Shown: positions 18,443-27,989 of the stretch, in pieces
How the letters are laid out: each line of letters begins with the position of its first letter
Position numbering within the stretch: the first letter of the stretch is position 1
DNA from: a virus
Lineage: Duplodnaviria > Caudoviricetes
Direction: 5' to 3' (one strand)
DNA: 55,944 nucleotides
IMG/VR virus record: IMGVR_UViG_3300032227_000475
Span: 1-55,944 of that record
Program-made: the position numbers and the translations under genes
Notes under the pieces: generated by a model
What the model saw: only the letters and a program-made list of their open reading frames with translations
Databases searched by the model: none
What the model was told of the DNA's origin: nothing

Positions 18443-20530
18443 ATGACAGTCATCCAATTCGAACGTCAAACCAAGCAGCTGCACCTCCCGGGTGATATGC
18501 TGGAAGAAAAGCGGTGGCTGGTGTGGCGCGACGAGGATGGGAGGAAGGTTCCGTACTACCCCACCACGCATCGACGTCGGTCGGGCACCATGGAAACCGC
18601 GCAAGACTACGCCGCGATGGGTTCGCACACCGAGGCCATGGACGCGCTCAAGCATCACACGCCGCACTACACCGGGTTGGGCTACGCAATCACGCATGGC
18701 AATCTGCTGCTCGACTTGGACGACGTGCTCGGCGCAGACGGCAAGTTCATCGACGATTGGGCTGAGAAGTTCACCTACAAAGCGATTGCCTCGGGTGCAT
18801 TCGTCGAGGTGTCGCACTCCGGCACCGGTATACACATAATCGGTCGGGGGCACGCTCGGAAGGCTGGTTCCAAAGGCGTCAACATCGAGGTCTACCCCGA
18901 CAAGCGGTTCGTCGCCATCACTGGGCAGTTGCTGGGCAACACGACCTGCCCCGACAGCGTCACCGACATAACCGAGTTCGCCGAAGAGGCATTGGTTGAA
19001 TACCAGCGGCGGTGCGAGGAGAGCGGAGTCAACTCGCTGGCCTCAGCGCTGGCCTCCGAAGAAGAACTCAACTACCTCAAGGGTCAGGTTGAAGGCGACA
19101 CCCTCACGCAGGTCCGGACATTGCTGCAGGTGTTCTCGCCCGACGAGCGCGACCAATGGTTCAAGGTGGGGCTGGCGCTGGGACGTGCATTTCCGGGTGA
19201 TAAGGGCGTATACGAGGAGTACGCCAAGTGGTCAAGGGCTTCCCCCAACTACAACTCCCGGAGCGACGAGCGGACCATGCACGACCTGTTTCACCGACAG
19301 GCGCAGCTACCGACCAAGAGCAAGTACACGCTCGACACCATGATCATGCAGGCTGCTCAGGTCGGCGTGCAGCTGAAACTGTTCGTGAACAACTTCGACG
19401 ATCTGCCTGCTACGGAAGAAGAGAAGAAGATCAAGCGCATGTTCGGCTGGGAGAACAACGCGCACTCTGCAGCGGACCTGTTCGCCAACCCGCCGCCCCC
19501 GATGGAGTTTATCGTCGAGGACATCCTGCCCAAGCACCGCACGACCTTTGCTGCACCGGGCGGGACCGGCAAAACACAGATGACACTCTGGATGGCGCTG
19601 CACGTGGCGAGCGGTCGGAAGATGTTCGACCGGTACGAAGTCAAGCGTCCGGGGCGAGTGCTGGTGATGAACGCAGAGGACCCAAAACGTCAGCTGCAGC
19701 GCCGACTGATCATGCTGGCGAACTGCATGGACTGGGACAGCGACGAACAGAAACATTTGGCTTTTGAGAACGTGGCGTTCGTGGACTTTGAGACCGACAC
19801 AATCGCTCTGTCGTCTCAGGTGCAGCGCACCAACCACTACGACATCACTGCTACGGTGCAGGAGATTATCAAAGCGTACCGGGGAGCGGGAATCTCGTGG
19901 GTGATCTTCGACCCGATGACTCTGTTCGGTTTCGATGAAGCTGGCGGGAACGACAGTGCTTCAGCCATGATGAAGGCGTCGGGCATACTGGCCGACCAAC
20001 TCAACTGCGCCGTGACGTATGTGACACACACGACTAAGGCTGGCGCAAGGAGCGGGGAAGCCGACATGCATACCACCCGTGGCGCAGCAGCATTCGGCGA
20101 CCTGACCCGAGCGCACTGGAACCTCGTGAACTTCAGACCTTACGATCAGGGCACCAAGACGCGATACCTGCAGCTCTCGTTCGACAAAGCGTCCTACGCA
20201 GCGCCTCAGCCACCCGTGCACATCATGGCAGTGGAAAACAACACGTTTGTTACGTACAACCCCGAGGAGGACGACGGCGGGGAGTTCGACGACGCGCTAT
20301 GGGAAGCCGTCAAGCGAGCAATAGACACACTACGCAAGAGCGGCGAAGCGTGCTCCGTGGACACTCTGTCCACATATGGGTACGACATCGCCGGTCAACA
20401 CGTGGGAAGAACTCGGGCCAAACCTAAGATCAGGGAGTGGCTGGAGCAAGGGAGACTCGAAACTGTTAGCGAAGGCAAACGCAAGCAGCAGGTGCGAGTC
20501 AACAAGCAATGGGAAGACAGTAACTTTTAA
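18443..20530 (+). CDS. Primase-helicase (AEP primase-polymerase + PriCT-2 + AAA_25/RepA-type helicase)
   Basis: LLDLDD, EVSHSGTGIH, IEVY..RFVAITG; RDQWFKVGLAL (PriCT-2); APGGTGKT, IFDP, RGAAAF. Confidence 0.88.
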   Translation: MTVIQFERQTKQLHLPGDMLEEKRWLVWRDEDGRKVPYYPTTHRRRSGTMETAQDYAAMGSHTEAMDALKHHTPHYTGLGYAITHGNLLLDLDDVLGADGKFIDDWAEKFTYKAIASGAFVEVSHSGTGIHIIGRGHARKAGSKGVNIEVYPDKRFVAITGQLLGNTTCPDSVTDITEFAEEALVEYQRRCEESGVNSLASALASEEELNYLKGQVEGDTLTQVRTLLQVFSPDERDQWFKVGLALGRAFPGDKGVYEEYAKWSRASPNYNSRSDERTMHDLFHRQAQLPTKSKYTLDTMIMQAAQVGVQLKLFVNNFDDLPATEEEKKIKRMFGWENNAHSAADLFANPPPPMEFIVEDILPKHRTTFAAPGGTGKTQMTLWMALHVASGRKMFDRYEVKRPGRVLVMNAEDPKRQLQRRLIMLANCMDWDSDEQKHLAFENVAFVDFETDTIALSSQVQRTNHYDITATVQEIIKAYRGAGISWVIFDPMTLFGFDEAGGNDSASAMMKASGILADQLNCAVTYVTHTTKAGARSGEADMHTTRGAAAFGDLTRAHWNLVNFRPYDQGTKTRYLQLSFDKASYAAPQPPVHIMAVENNTFVTYNPEEDDGGEFDDALWEAVKRAIDTLRKSGEACSVDTLSTYGYDIAGQHVGRTRAKPKIREWLEQGRLETVSEGKRKQQVRVNKQWEDSNF

Positions 20531-20544
20531 CTGGAGCAACAGTG

Positions 20545-20760
20545 ATGAGCAACAAATACATTTGGACTTCGGCCGGAACAGACATCGCCGTGCGGTGGCG
20601 CATGCATCATGGGTGGGTCCCGCCGAGCGAACTCCCGCACTATCAAGAGAAATGGAAACGGTTCCAGGAACTGCCGCTGCGCAAGCTGGATCACGAGGCA
20701 CTGGTGGAGTATGAAGAGGCAATGGCTCGGCAGGGTGTGAAAAGCTGGGGTGGGGTATGA
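20545..20760 (+). CDS. Hypothetical protein
   Basis: ACTGGAGCAAC RBS; TDIAVRWR..GWVPPSE motif. Confidence 0.6.
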   Translation: MSNKYIWTSAGTDIAVRWRMHHGWVPPSELPHYQEKWKRFQELPLRKLDHEALVEYEEAMARQGVKSWGGV

Positions 20761-21026
20761 AATACAAGGTGACTTACAGAGACATCCCGGACTTCTACGA
20801 GCGGTGTGACAAACACCCGGATCACCAGACCGGGATGATTTCGTACAGAATGATCGAACGGCGGCTGCAAGAAGAGATTGAAGAGTTGCGTCAATACATC
20901 GAGCAGCGCGAGTGGCAGACTCTGGACGATGCCGAATATCAAGAGATCCTCGCCAAGCTGGGTGATGGAGGGCTGCTGGCTTTTTACATTCTGATCGAGG
21001 CAAAACTGCGGGAGAAGAACACATGA
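20757..21026 (+). CDS. Hypothetical protein
   Basis: ATGA-coupled; C-terminal REWQTL...IEAKLREKNT motif seen in small phage proteins. Confidence 0.6.
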   Translation: MKYKVTYRDIPDFYERCDKHPDHQTGMISYRMIERRLQEEIEELRQYIEQREWQTLDDAEYQEILAKLGDGGLLAFYILIEAKLREKNT

Positions 21027-21205
21027 GATGTCCAGAGTGCGACTCAGCAATGCGCACTAAGGACACCCGGCAATGGCGCGACACGCATCGGCTGTTCGAC
21101 TGGGTCGAGCGCAAGAGGGTCTGCTCGATGTGCAATCACTTGGTTGTGACGATTGAACTGCCGAAACATGTTTGGGAAAAATACTTGGAGAAAATGAATG
21201 ACTAG
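21023..21205 (+). CDS. Zn-ribbon protein (NrdR N-terminal-like)
   Basis: MRCPEC...TKDTR...RKRVCSMC...TIE. Confidence 0.65.
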   Translation: MRCPECDSAMRTKDTRQWRDTHRLFDWVERKRVCSMCNHLVVTIELPKHVWEKYLEKMND

Positions 21206-21333
21206 GTTCCACAATGGCTTCATCGAAGGCGGCACTGCACGCGAGAAACTCAAACACCTCAACATCTGGATCAACCGGCTGAAAGAAACTCAATACACCC
21301 CACACCCCTTTGAAATTCTAGGAATCACCAAAC

Positions 21334-21498
21334 ATGAGTCAAACCTGTCAAGCCTGTCAAAAACGACCAGCCAAAGAGCTCGCTCAGAGGAGTGACGGAA
21401 AGCGCCAGTGGCGCTGCCAAATCTGCATCGATCGACAAAACCCAACTGGTTTCATTCACGGTAAGGAGAAACAGGAAAATGCAAAGCAAACAGCGTGA
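21334..21498 (+). CDS. Small CxxC-CxxC zinc-finger protein (54 aa, below ORF-track cut-off)
   Basis: MSQTCQACQKRP...WRCQICIDRQ read directly from sequence. Confidence 0.5.
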   Translation: MSQTCQACQKRPAKELAQRSDGKRQWRCQICIDRQNPTGFIHGKEKQENAKQTA

Positions 21499-21685
21499 CC
21501 CAGAAGACGAAGCATTCGAGGAACTGGGCAAGGCCCTCATGTGGCGCAAGCGTCAGATATCAGCCCTGCGCGACTCAGAGGAAGCATTTATGGCGTGGCC
21601 TGGGCGTTCCCACTCACCCCAACACGCCGACGTCGAGCGCAGCGCATTTATGGCTGGCTGGCGAGCGTCCAAGGAGCAACAATGA
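21479..21685 (+). CDS. Hypothetical protein
   Basis: Start MQSKQRDPEDEAFEEL with AGGA RBS. Confidence 0.55.
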   Translation: MQSKQRDPEDEAFEELGKALMWRKRQISALRDSEEAFMAWPGRSHSPQHADVERSAFMAGWRASKEQQ

Positions 21686-21852
21686 ACTATGAAGAACTAC
21701 GCAATCTGTACGCAGCCGTCGTCATGCATGCGCTGATCGGTCGGGGCAACCTCGGGAATGGCGCGGAAGCAACCGCCGAACTCTCGTTCGAGATCGCGGA
21801 ATACATGATAAAAGTAGCCCGACGGAACTCCGACGGAACATACAGTGAGTAA
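21682..21852 (+). CDS. Small helical phage protein (LRD.FAA.AM...A..AD.M-type)
   Basis: AAGGAG RBS; LRNLYAAVVMHALI...AELSFEIAEYMI. Confidence 0.55.
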   Translation: MNYEELRNLYAAVVMHALIGRGNLGNGAEATAELSFEIAEYMIKVARRNSDGTYSE

Positions 21853-22080
21853 AACCAAGGCTCCCGGGTTGATCCGTCGATGTTCCGTCGGTGTCCGTCG
21901 GTTGTTTCGAATCAAACGTAGGGGGTGGGAGAGGAGCGTTAGCGAACTCCTCTCCCCCCGAGTTCCGTCGGTCTTCTCTTCTCTAAGGGGGTCAAAAACG
22001 ACGGAACTCGGAAGTCCTTGTTTTTTAAAGGAAAAACGACCACCTGCCTCCGAGTTCCGTCGGTGGGGGTCGACGGAACA
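21819..22080. repeat. Iteron-like array (CGACGGA[AC] in both orientations) with central hairpin; candidate replication origin
   Basis: About nine copies of the core (e.g. 21819, 21830, 21873rc, 21881rc, 21894rc, 21958rc, 21999, 22050rc, 22071); GGGAGAGGAG/CTCCTCTCCC inverted repeat 21927-21956; AT-rich patch near 22015-22036. Confidence 0.75.
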
Positions 22081-22100
22081 TAATTGAGCTCGGAGGAGCC

Positions 22101-22361
22101 ATGGGAAGACCGAAAAAAGAGCTACCAAAAGCATTTCATTTCCTGGAACTTCAGGCATACTTCCATGCTATTCAAGACTTGGAGGAACGCATGGCGAACA
22201 AACACACCGCAGTGATGGTACGCGGAAAACAGTACCGCTCGCTGGCTTCGGCTTTCATGGCGCTCGGATTGCCGATGGCGCGTCATCAACTGTTCCGTAA
22301 GAAGCTCAAAGAGGAAAAGACTGCAGAGTTCGAAGGCATTGTGTTTACAGTGGTCGAATGA
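22101..22361 (+). CDS. Hypothetical protein (possibly DNA-binding)
   Basis: GGAGGAG RBS; MGRPKK N-terminus, VRGKQYRSLASAF motif. Confidence 0.6.
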   Translation: MGRPKKELPKAFHFLELQAYFHAIQDLEERMANKHTAVMVRGKQYRSLASAFMALGLPMARHQLFRKKLKEEKTAEFEGIVFTVVE

Positions 22362-22374
22362 ACTTCCTGGCGTG

Positions 22375-22404
22375 TTGCCTTATACCATGAGTTGGCCGCA
22401 TAAT
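22375..22404 (+). promoter_or_regulatory. Possible sigma70-type promoter for the packaging/structural arm
   Basis: TTGCCT, 18 bp, CATAAT upstream of terminase small subunit. Confidence 0.45.
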
Positions 22405-22439
22405 TCGCCTGAGTTGTTATTTATGAAACAGGCATAAAA

Positions 22440-22856
22440 ATGCAAGACACCGCTGCAGTCGAACCACCGAAGCGTCGCGGTGGGCGTCAGAAGGGGCAGG
22501 TGGCGCTGAAACGGCAAGCTCGAGAGCGGTTGCTGGGCAAGCTCGAGATGATGTCAGTGACGCCGCTGGAGGTGATGTACCTGACGATGAAGGACTTCTG
22601 GGACAAGGACGAAAAGATTGCCGCGTGTGCAATTGCGCGTGACTTGGCTCCGTATATTCATCCGAAGTTGACCGCGATTCAACAACAGATTGTCACGACT
22701 GAAACTGACAAGGTCGCTGATCAGCGAGTGTTCGACAAGCTGCTTGACGCGCTCGAAATCGGCGTGACAATGCGCAATGACTTGGCGAATGGGCGCACAT
22801 CTGGGAAGGTCATCGCGCAACAAACCACGTTCGTTGAGGAAGACTGCGAGGAATGA
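22440..22856 (+). CDS. terS: Terminase small subunit
   Basis: RGGRQKG, TPLEVM, ARDLAPYIHPKL; overlaps terL start. Confidence 0.7.
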   Translation: MQDTAAVEPPKRRGGRQKGQVALKRQARERLLGKLEMMSVTPLEVMYLTMKDFWDKDEKIAACAIARDLAPYIHPKLTAIQQQIVTTETDKVADQRVFDKLLDALEIGVTMRNDLANGRTSGKVIAQQTTFVEEDCEE

Positions 22857-24277
22857 ATTCGGTAGCCGTCGATCCAGCGATCATTGCGGCGGCACGCGAG
22901 AACTTCCCACTGCTCGACGCACCGAGCCAAGCCGCGCTCGAACGGCGCATGTCATGGCTCAAGACTGCTAAGCCGCATCAACTCCCGCCGAAAGAGATCT
23001 GGTGGAGCATCTGGCTCCTGCTCGCAGGGCGTGGCGCTGGGAAGACGCGCAGTGCAGCGGAGTGGATCTGGTGGGCAGCGTGGCGTGCGCCGCAGACTCG
23101 GTGGCTTGTCAGTGCCCCGACCTCAGCCGACGTGCGCGACGTGTGCTTTGAAGGCGATTCAGGCCTGATGAACGTGATCCCTGCCGAGGTCGTGCAGGAT
23201 TATAAAAGCTCGCTGCACGAGATCACACTCATCAACGGGTCGATCATCAAGGGTATACCCGCGTCTGAGCCTGGAAGATTCCGAGGTCCGCAGTTTCACG
23301 GCGGGTGGCTGGACGAGCTCGCTGCGTGGGACTACCTCGACGATGCATGGGACATGATTCAGTTCGGCATGCGGCTCGGCAAGCACCCATTACTGCTTTG
23401 CACGTCCACGCCGCGTCCCAAGCCCAAGATCATGGAGCTGGTTGAGCGTGACGGCCACGACGTGGCGTACACGATTGCGTCAACTTACGACAACAAGGAC
23501 AATCTGGCTCCGAAGTTCATGGAGCAGATCCTGCAGTACGAAGGCACCAAGCTGGGTCGCCAAGAGATCTATGCCGAGATCATCGACCCAGAAGAGTCGG
23601 GCGTCATCAAGCGCACGTGGTTCAAGCTCTGGGACGCCGACACACCGCTGCCGAAGTTCGAGTACGTGGTGCAGTCCTACGACTGCGCAACGTCCGACAA
23701 GACCAAGAATGACCCGACTGCGTGCGTGGTGCTGGGAGTGTTCCGACCCAACGAGGATGCGCCGATGTGCGCCATGCTCATTGACTGTTGGGAGAAGCAC
23801 ATGCAGTATCCCGACCTGCGCCCCCACGTGACCGAAGAGGCCACGGTGATCTACGGCGACGTGAATGAGTTTGGCGTTGGGAAGAAGGTCGATCTGATCC
23901 TCATCGAGGACAAGTCTGCAGGAATTTCGCTCATTCAGGACTTGCAGCGCACCGGGCTGAACGTGCGTGCGTACAATCCGGGCGGTGCTGACAAGATGCA
24001 GCGCCTGAACATTGTCTCGCCTATAATTCAGCGCGGACTGGTTTACATTCCTGAGTCGATGCATCGTCCTGGGTTCGCTCGCGACTGGGCCGACCCGCTC
24101 ATCGGGCAGATCTGCGCGTTCCCCGAAGTGCGCCACGATGACTTGGTCGACGCAATGACGCAAGCTCTGAGGGTGCTGCGCGACATGGGCTTCTTGGTCG
24201 TGGACATTCCGCAGTACGACGATGACGATTGGGCTGACGAAACAAAACCGCGTCGCGTGAATCCCTACGCAACCTAA
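22853..24277 (+). CDS. terL: Terminase large subunit
   Basis: LAGRGAGKT Walker A, GWLDE Walker B, YDCA, IEDKSAG, HDDLVDAMTQ nuclease motifs. Confidence 0.95.
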   Translation: MNSVAVDPAIIAAARENFPLLDAPSQAALERRMSWLKTAKPHQLPPKEIWWSIWLLLAGRGAGKTRSAAEWIWWAAWRAPQTRWLVSAPTSADVRDVCFEGDSGLMNVIPAEVVQDYKSSLHEITLINGSIIKGIPASEPGRFRGPQFHGGWLDELAAWDYLDDAWDMIQFGMRLGKHPLLLCTSTPRPKPKIMELVERDGHDVAYTIASTYDNKDNLAPKFMEQILQYEGTKLGRQEIYAEIIDPEESGVIKRTWFKLWDADTPLPKFEYVVQSYDCATSDKTKNDPTACVVLGVFRPNEDAPMCAMLIDCWEKHMQYPDLRPHVTEEATVIYGDVNEFGVGKKVDLILIEDKSAGISLIQDLQRTGLNVRAYNPGGADKMQRLNIVSPIIQRGLVYIPESMHRPGFARDWADPLIGQICAFPEVRHDDLVDAMTQALRVLRDMGFLVVDIPQYDDDDWADETKPRRVNPYAT

Positions 24278-24278
24278 C

Positions 24279-24926
24279 ATGCAGATATTCACACCTCAAC
24301 AATGCGCAGACATCGTCGCTGCGTTCGATGCGCACGAGCACAAGAACGTTGAAGGTGATCTGAAGAACGATCCATACTACCGCAACAGCTTCGGGGTGTA
24401 CCAGCTGCCTGAGTCGCTCAAGCACGCAGAGCACGTGACGCGCATCGTCAAGCAAGTTCACCCCAACATCAAGTTCGACAGCGTGTACACGCGGTCGTAC
24501 CACAATGGGAGCTATCTGCTGGTGCACACGGATCGCCCCGATCTGGACCTCACACTGAGTGTGTGCCTCGAGAACAAGCGTGGCTTCCTGTGGGACCTGA
24601 AGATCAGCAACGTACCATGGGTGGGTGATTGGAAGAACGGCATCGACCACACGCCGTGGACGGGCAGCTACAGCACGACGCACTTGGGCATCGGTCAAGG
24701 CGGGTTGTGCGAAGGAAGGAAATATCCGCATTGGCGCGATACTTTGGTTTGTGCGCCTGACGAGCGGGTCGTGTATGCGTTCTATCATTGGTCGTTTACC
24801 GAGCCTGTCGAGCAGTCCGAGCCATTCACTCGCGAGCAACTCGCGATGGATGTGCTGGCGCGGTTGCTCGTTGACACGTCCTTCGCAGTGGCTGACAAAC
24901 TACTCGACCGATTGAAAAATGGCTGA
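24279..24926 (+). CDS. 2OG-Fe(II) oxygenase
   Basis: RSY..GSYL..HTDRP (HxD), distal HWR, FYHW. Confidence 0.8.
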   Translation: MQIFTPQQCADIVAAFDAHEHKNVEGDLKNDPYYRNSFGVYQLPESLKHAEHVTRIVKQVHPNIKFDSVYTRSYHNGSYLLVHTDRPDLDLTLSVCLENKRGFLWDLKISNVPWVGDWKNGIDHTPWTGSYSTTHLGIGQGGLCEGRKYPHWRDTLVCAPDERVVYAFYHWSFTEPVEQSEPFTREQLAMDVLARLLVDTSFAVADKLLDRLKNG

Positions 24927-26280
24927 CCCTAGCAAACTCAGAGGCATACTCGGACTTTTCAGCAAGAGTGCACCAGCTGAAGAGGCTGTGAACCTGTCGC
25001 GTCGTGGCGTGCTCGGGTTGCCTCGTCAGTCGGGCGTGATGCTGCCAGCTCAGGCCGAGACGCACCTGCCAGCTGTGGTGGCGCCAGCCGAATCGCCCCC
25101 TGTGATCGGCGCGATCGAGCAGGTGATTGCGGAGAAGATGGCTAAGCCCACGACGCGTCGCGAGTTCATGGGAGAGGGCGTCAAGGCGGCGGCATCAGCC
25201 GCATTGCGTCGCGCTGCGCCGGGCGCATTGCGTCAGGCCGCCAAACAACTCACCCAACCTGCAATTGACGAGGCGGCTGCAGCTAGCAAGATCGCTGATT
25301 ATGTCAGTTCAATTTATAACAATGAGCGGAACGCAGCAGAGGCTTACAAAATACTTTCCAACTGGGAAGTTAGAATGGCAAAAGATCAATGGCTCAATGA
25401 TCTTGACTCCTCCATTGGTGAATACCTTGATCCTGAATATGCAACTTCTGTTTGGGCAGAGCTGATCAACATTGAATCCAGACGCGGTGCCGAAGCAGCG
25501 CGTGCGATTGGTCTCGATCCGCAGACCATTGCAAAAGAGACTGGCTTGCCAGCCAGCCTGGTCAAAAAGATGGTGGGTAGTGGGCAGAAACTCCTCGATG
25601 AGATTTCCGACGCTGCAGGCACTGAGCTCAAAATGAAAGAAATCATAGAAGACGGTCGTGGCAGAGAAGCTGCAAGATCTTCTTCCTATGTCGATTTGTT
25701 CGAAGATGTAGATTTTGTAAATGAAAGCCTGCAAAGGGCGATGAAAGAGCTGGGTCCAGAAGCTAATCCAAACGACATCATAGCGAAATCACACGATATT
25801 TTGTTTGATCGTTTCAAAGAGATGGAGCGGGGATCAAGCGACAATCTTTTCTTAGGCGAAATGCGTAAACGCATAGTCCCTGACGAAATGCTCGACGACG
25901 TTTGGCGACAAGCAGGGGACGAATACAACACTCCTGATTTGATAAACGACGCGCTCAAAGACTTTAGAAATCAAAAACCTGTCGAGATTGCCCCAACGCC
26001 AGCAGCGGCGACAGGTCAGTTCCCTTGGCGCGACGATGTGCTGAAGTGGTTTGAGTCGCACGAAGGCACTCCGCACGGGTCCAACAAGAGTTACGTCGCG
26101 AACAGGGCGCTCAACTACGGCGACGACGCAAGTTCATGGATTAAAGACTTCAAAAATTACTACGACCAATTCAGCGCCAGCAATCCTAATGTTCCTGTAG
26201 CTGAGCAGATCAGCACGATGCAAAGCCAAACAGGGTTGCCGGCAGAGTTCGTGGAAGCTATTTTCAATCGGATGCCGTGA
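24919..26280 (+). CDS. Hypothetical protein with two twin-arginine-like motifs
   Basis: 453-aa ORF between terL and portal; SRRGVL and TRREFM motifs. Confidence 0.7.
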   Translation: MADPSKLRGILGLFSKSAPAEEAVNLSRRGVLGLPRQSGVMLPAQAETHLPAVVAPAESPPVIGAIEQVIAEKMAKPTTRREFMGEGVKAAASAALRRAAPGALRQAAKQLTQPAIDEAAAASKIADYVSSIYNNERNAAEAYKILSNWEVRMAKDQWLNDLDSSIGEYLDPEYATSVWAELINIESRRGAEAARAIGLDPQTIAKETGLPASLVKKMVGSGQKLLDEISDAAGTELKMKEIIEDGRGREAARSSSYVDLFEDVDFVNESLQRAMKELGPEANPNDIIAKSHDILFDRFKEMERGSSDNLFLGEMRKRIVPDEMLDDVWRQAGDEYNTPDLINDALKDFRNQKPVEIAPTPAAATGQFPWRDDVLKWFESHEGTPHGSNKSYVANRALNYGDDASSWIKDFKNYYDQFSASNPNVPVAEQISTMQSQTGLPAEFVEAIFNRMP

Positions 26281-27977
26281 TGAAAGAGCAAACCAACCCG
26301 TTCTTCGACCTTGCCAACATCATCGACGTTGGTCAGTACAAAGAAAAGCCTGTGCGGACGCTGCAACCCGGCGACACAGACATCATCCAACCAATCAAGC
26401 GCAATCCGTTGTATGGCATACCAGCCGATTTTCTTCAGGCGATGCACAACCTGACGATCCGCAACCCAGATCAAATGACTGGTGCCGAGTTTCTGAGTCA
26501 GCTGGCTGGCATCCCTGCAGTCGCCAAGACACTAGACCGACTCAGCGGCGGGTTCCAGCTGCACTCTGGCTCGGGACAAGCCACCCAGATGCTGCCCGAA
26601 ACGCGTGATGCGCTGCTCGCCGTGGCGCCACTCGCCATTAAGCCAGCTGTTCAAGGCGCAAAAGCGGTTGGGCGTGGCGCATTGGCAGCAGCGAAGAGCG
26701 ACGCCGCTTACGACTTGGCAAATCGCGTGGCCAAACTCACAGGCGCAGCCCCGCTGCAAGTGGCTCCGTCTGACCTTGCGCGCAGGATATACGACGCTCC
26801 GGTTTCAAAGTTAGGTCGCGCCGGAACTACTTCAAAGTCGGGAAAGCCTTTAACTAACTTCTTAGATGAAGAAGAGATCGAACTTATTCGAGAATCAACT
26901 CCTCTGTTCCGCCGCAATAATTTATCAGATCTGTCAGGTCCAAAAAGACAGGTTTTGACTGTGCACGACACGGGGCGCACAGGAGCAGAATTGTCTCCTG
27001 AGAAGGCAAAAATCATTCGCCGAGAGCGTGAAGACGAGTTGTTCGGAAAGGGGTCAAAACCAATCTATGGGTATCCTACTCTTGACCCGATGAGTGCGCT
27101 GAAAATTCCTTTTGAAGTTGCGTCTGATGAGCGGTTGGGCGTACATATCAGACCGGACAGTTTCATCCCTAGGTATGGGCGATATGCTTTGGAGTTGCAT
27201 CCCCAGATGCGCGACCAAATGACTTTCATGCTCAATGACTCGTTGGACCGCACCCTGGGGCCAAAATTAGCCACAGAAAGCATATTGAGGTCAAGTGGGC
27301 CGACCACAGACGTCGCAGTTCCTGGCAGTCAGTTGCACGACTTGGCGCTAGGTTACGACGCAACGTTGCGCGACATCGTTGCTCGGTTGCAATCGCAAGG
27401 GTTTTCGACCAGAGAGATTCAAAAAATGCTCCCAGGCGAGTTGGCCAAAATGGATGCTCCAGAAACTTTTGCTGATTTGTTGCGTTCCCAAGGTTTGCCA
27501 CCAATTGGTGGTTCTTCTTACTCCAGATTCCCTGCTCAGGTCCCTAGGATGTTAAACACCCCTGCAGACCAGCCTCTGTTGCCTTCTGAGAGCTACTCGC
27601 TCGGTGACCCTGATCGACTTTACGAAAAGCTCTTGCAAAAAACACCAAGAGAATACATCGAGATTCAGATGCACGGCGACGTCACACCTGAGCACATACG
27701 GCGCATCTACGATTTCGGATACGAGCCGAGCTTGCAAGCTGAAAAACAAGCTAAGAAGCTCGGGATTGAATATGCGTTTCGTCCTGAAGCTGCTTACGAT
27801 ATAATCAAACGCGAAAAACCGAAAACTCTTGGCGAGTTTTTTGAAATGGCTGAAGAGCTCGGGGTTGCGCCGGACAATGAAAGGCTTCGTCACTCTGTGA
27901 ATAGGATGCTGCCGTTCGGCGGCAACTACGCCAAAGGCGGCAAGGTTTCCACCAACCCGTTCGATCACTTGGTTTAA
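26277..27977 (+). CDS. DUF3626-like (putative ADP-ribosyltransferase-fold) protein with C-terminal YAKGG motif
   Basis: KPIYGY...YGRYALEL...TFMLNDS...YIEIQMHG pattern. Confidence 0.55.
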   Translation: MMKEQTNPFFDLANIIDVGQYKEKPVRTLQPGDTDIIQPIKRNPLYGIPADFLQAMHNLTIRNPDQMTGAEFLSQLAGIPAVAKTLDRLSGGFQLHSGSGQATQMLPETRDALLAVAPLAIKPAVQGAKAVGRGALAAAKSDAAYDLANRVAKLTGAAPLQVAPSDLARRIYDAPVSKLGRAGTTSKSGKPLTNFLDEEEIELIRESTPLFRRNNLSDLSGPKRQVLTVHDTGRTGAELSPEKAKIIRREREDELFGKGSKPIYGYPTLDPMSALKIPFEVASDERLGVHIRPDSFIPRYGRYALELHPQMRDQMTFMLNDSLDRTLGPKLATESILRSSGPTTDVAVPGSQLHDLALGYDATLRDIVARLQSQGFSTREIQKMLPGELAKMDAPETFADLLRSQGLPPIGGSSYSRFPAQVPRMLNTPADQPLLPSESYSLGDPDRLYEKLLQKTPREYIEIQMHGDVTPEHIRRIYDFGYEPSLQAEKQAKKLGIEYAFRPEAAYDIIKREKPKTLGEFFEMAEELGVAPDNERLRHSVNRMLPFGGNYAKGGKVSTNPFDHLV

Positions 27978-27989
27978 CCAGAAGACATC

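Noticed and set aside
21845-22087. 80-aa ORF across the iteron array
   Set aside because: Arg/Ser-rich translation simply reflects the DNA repeats; weak start context
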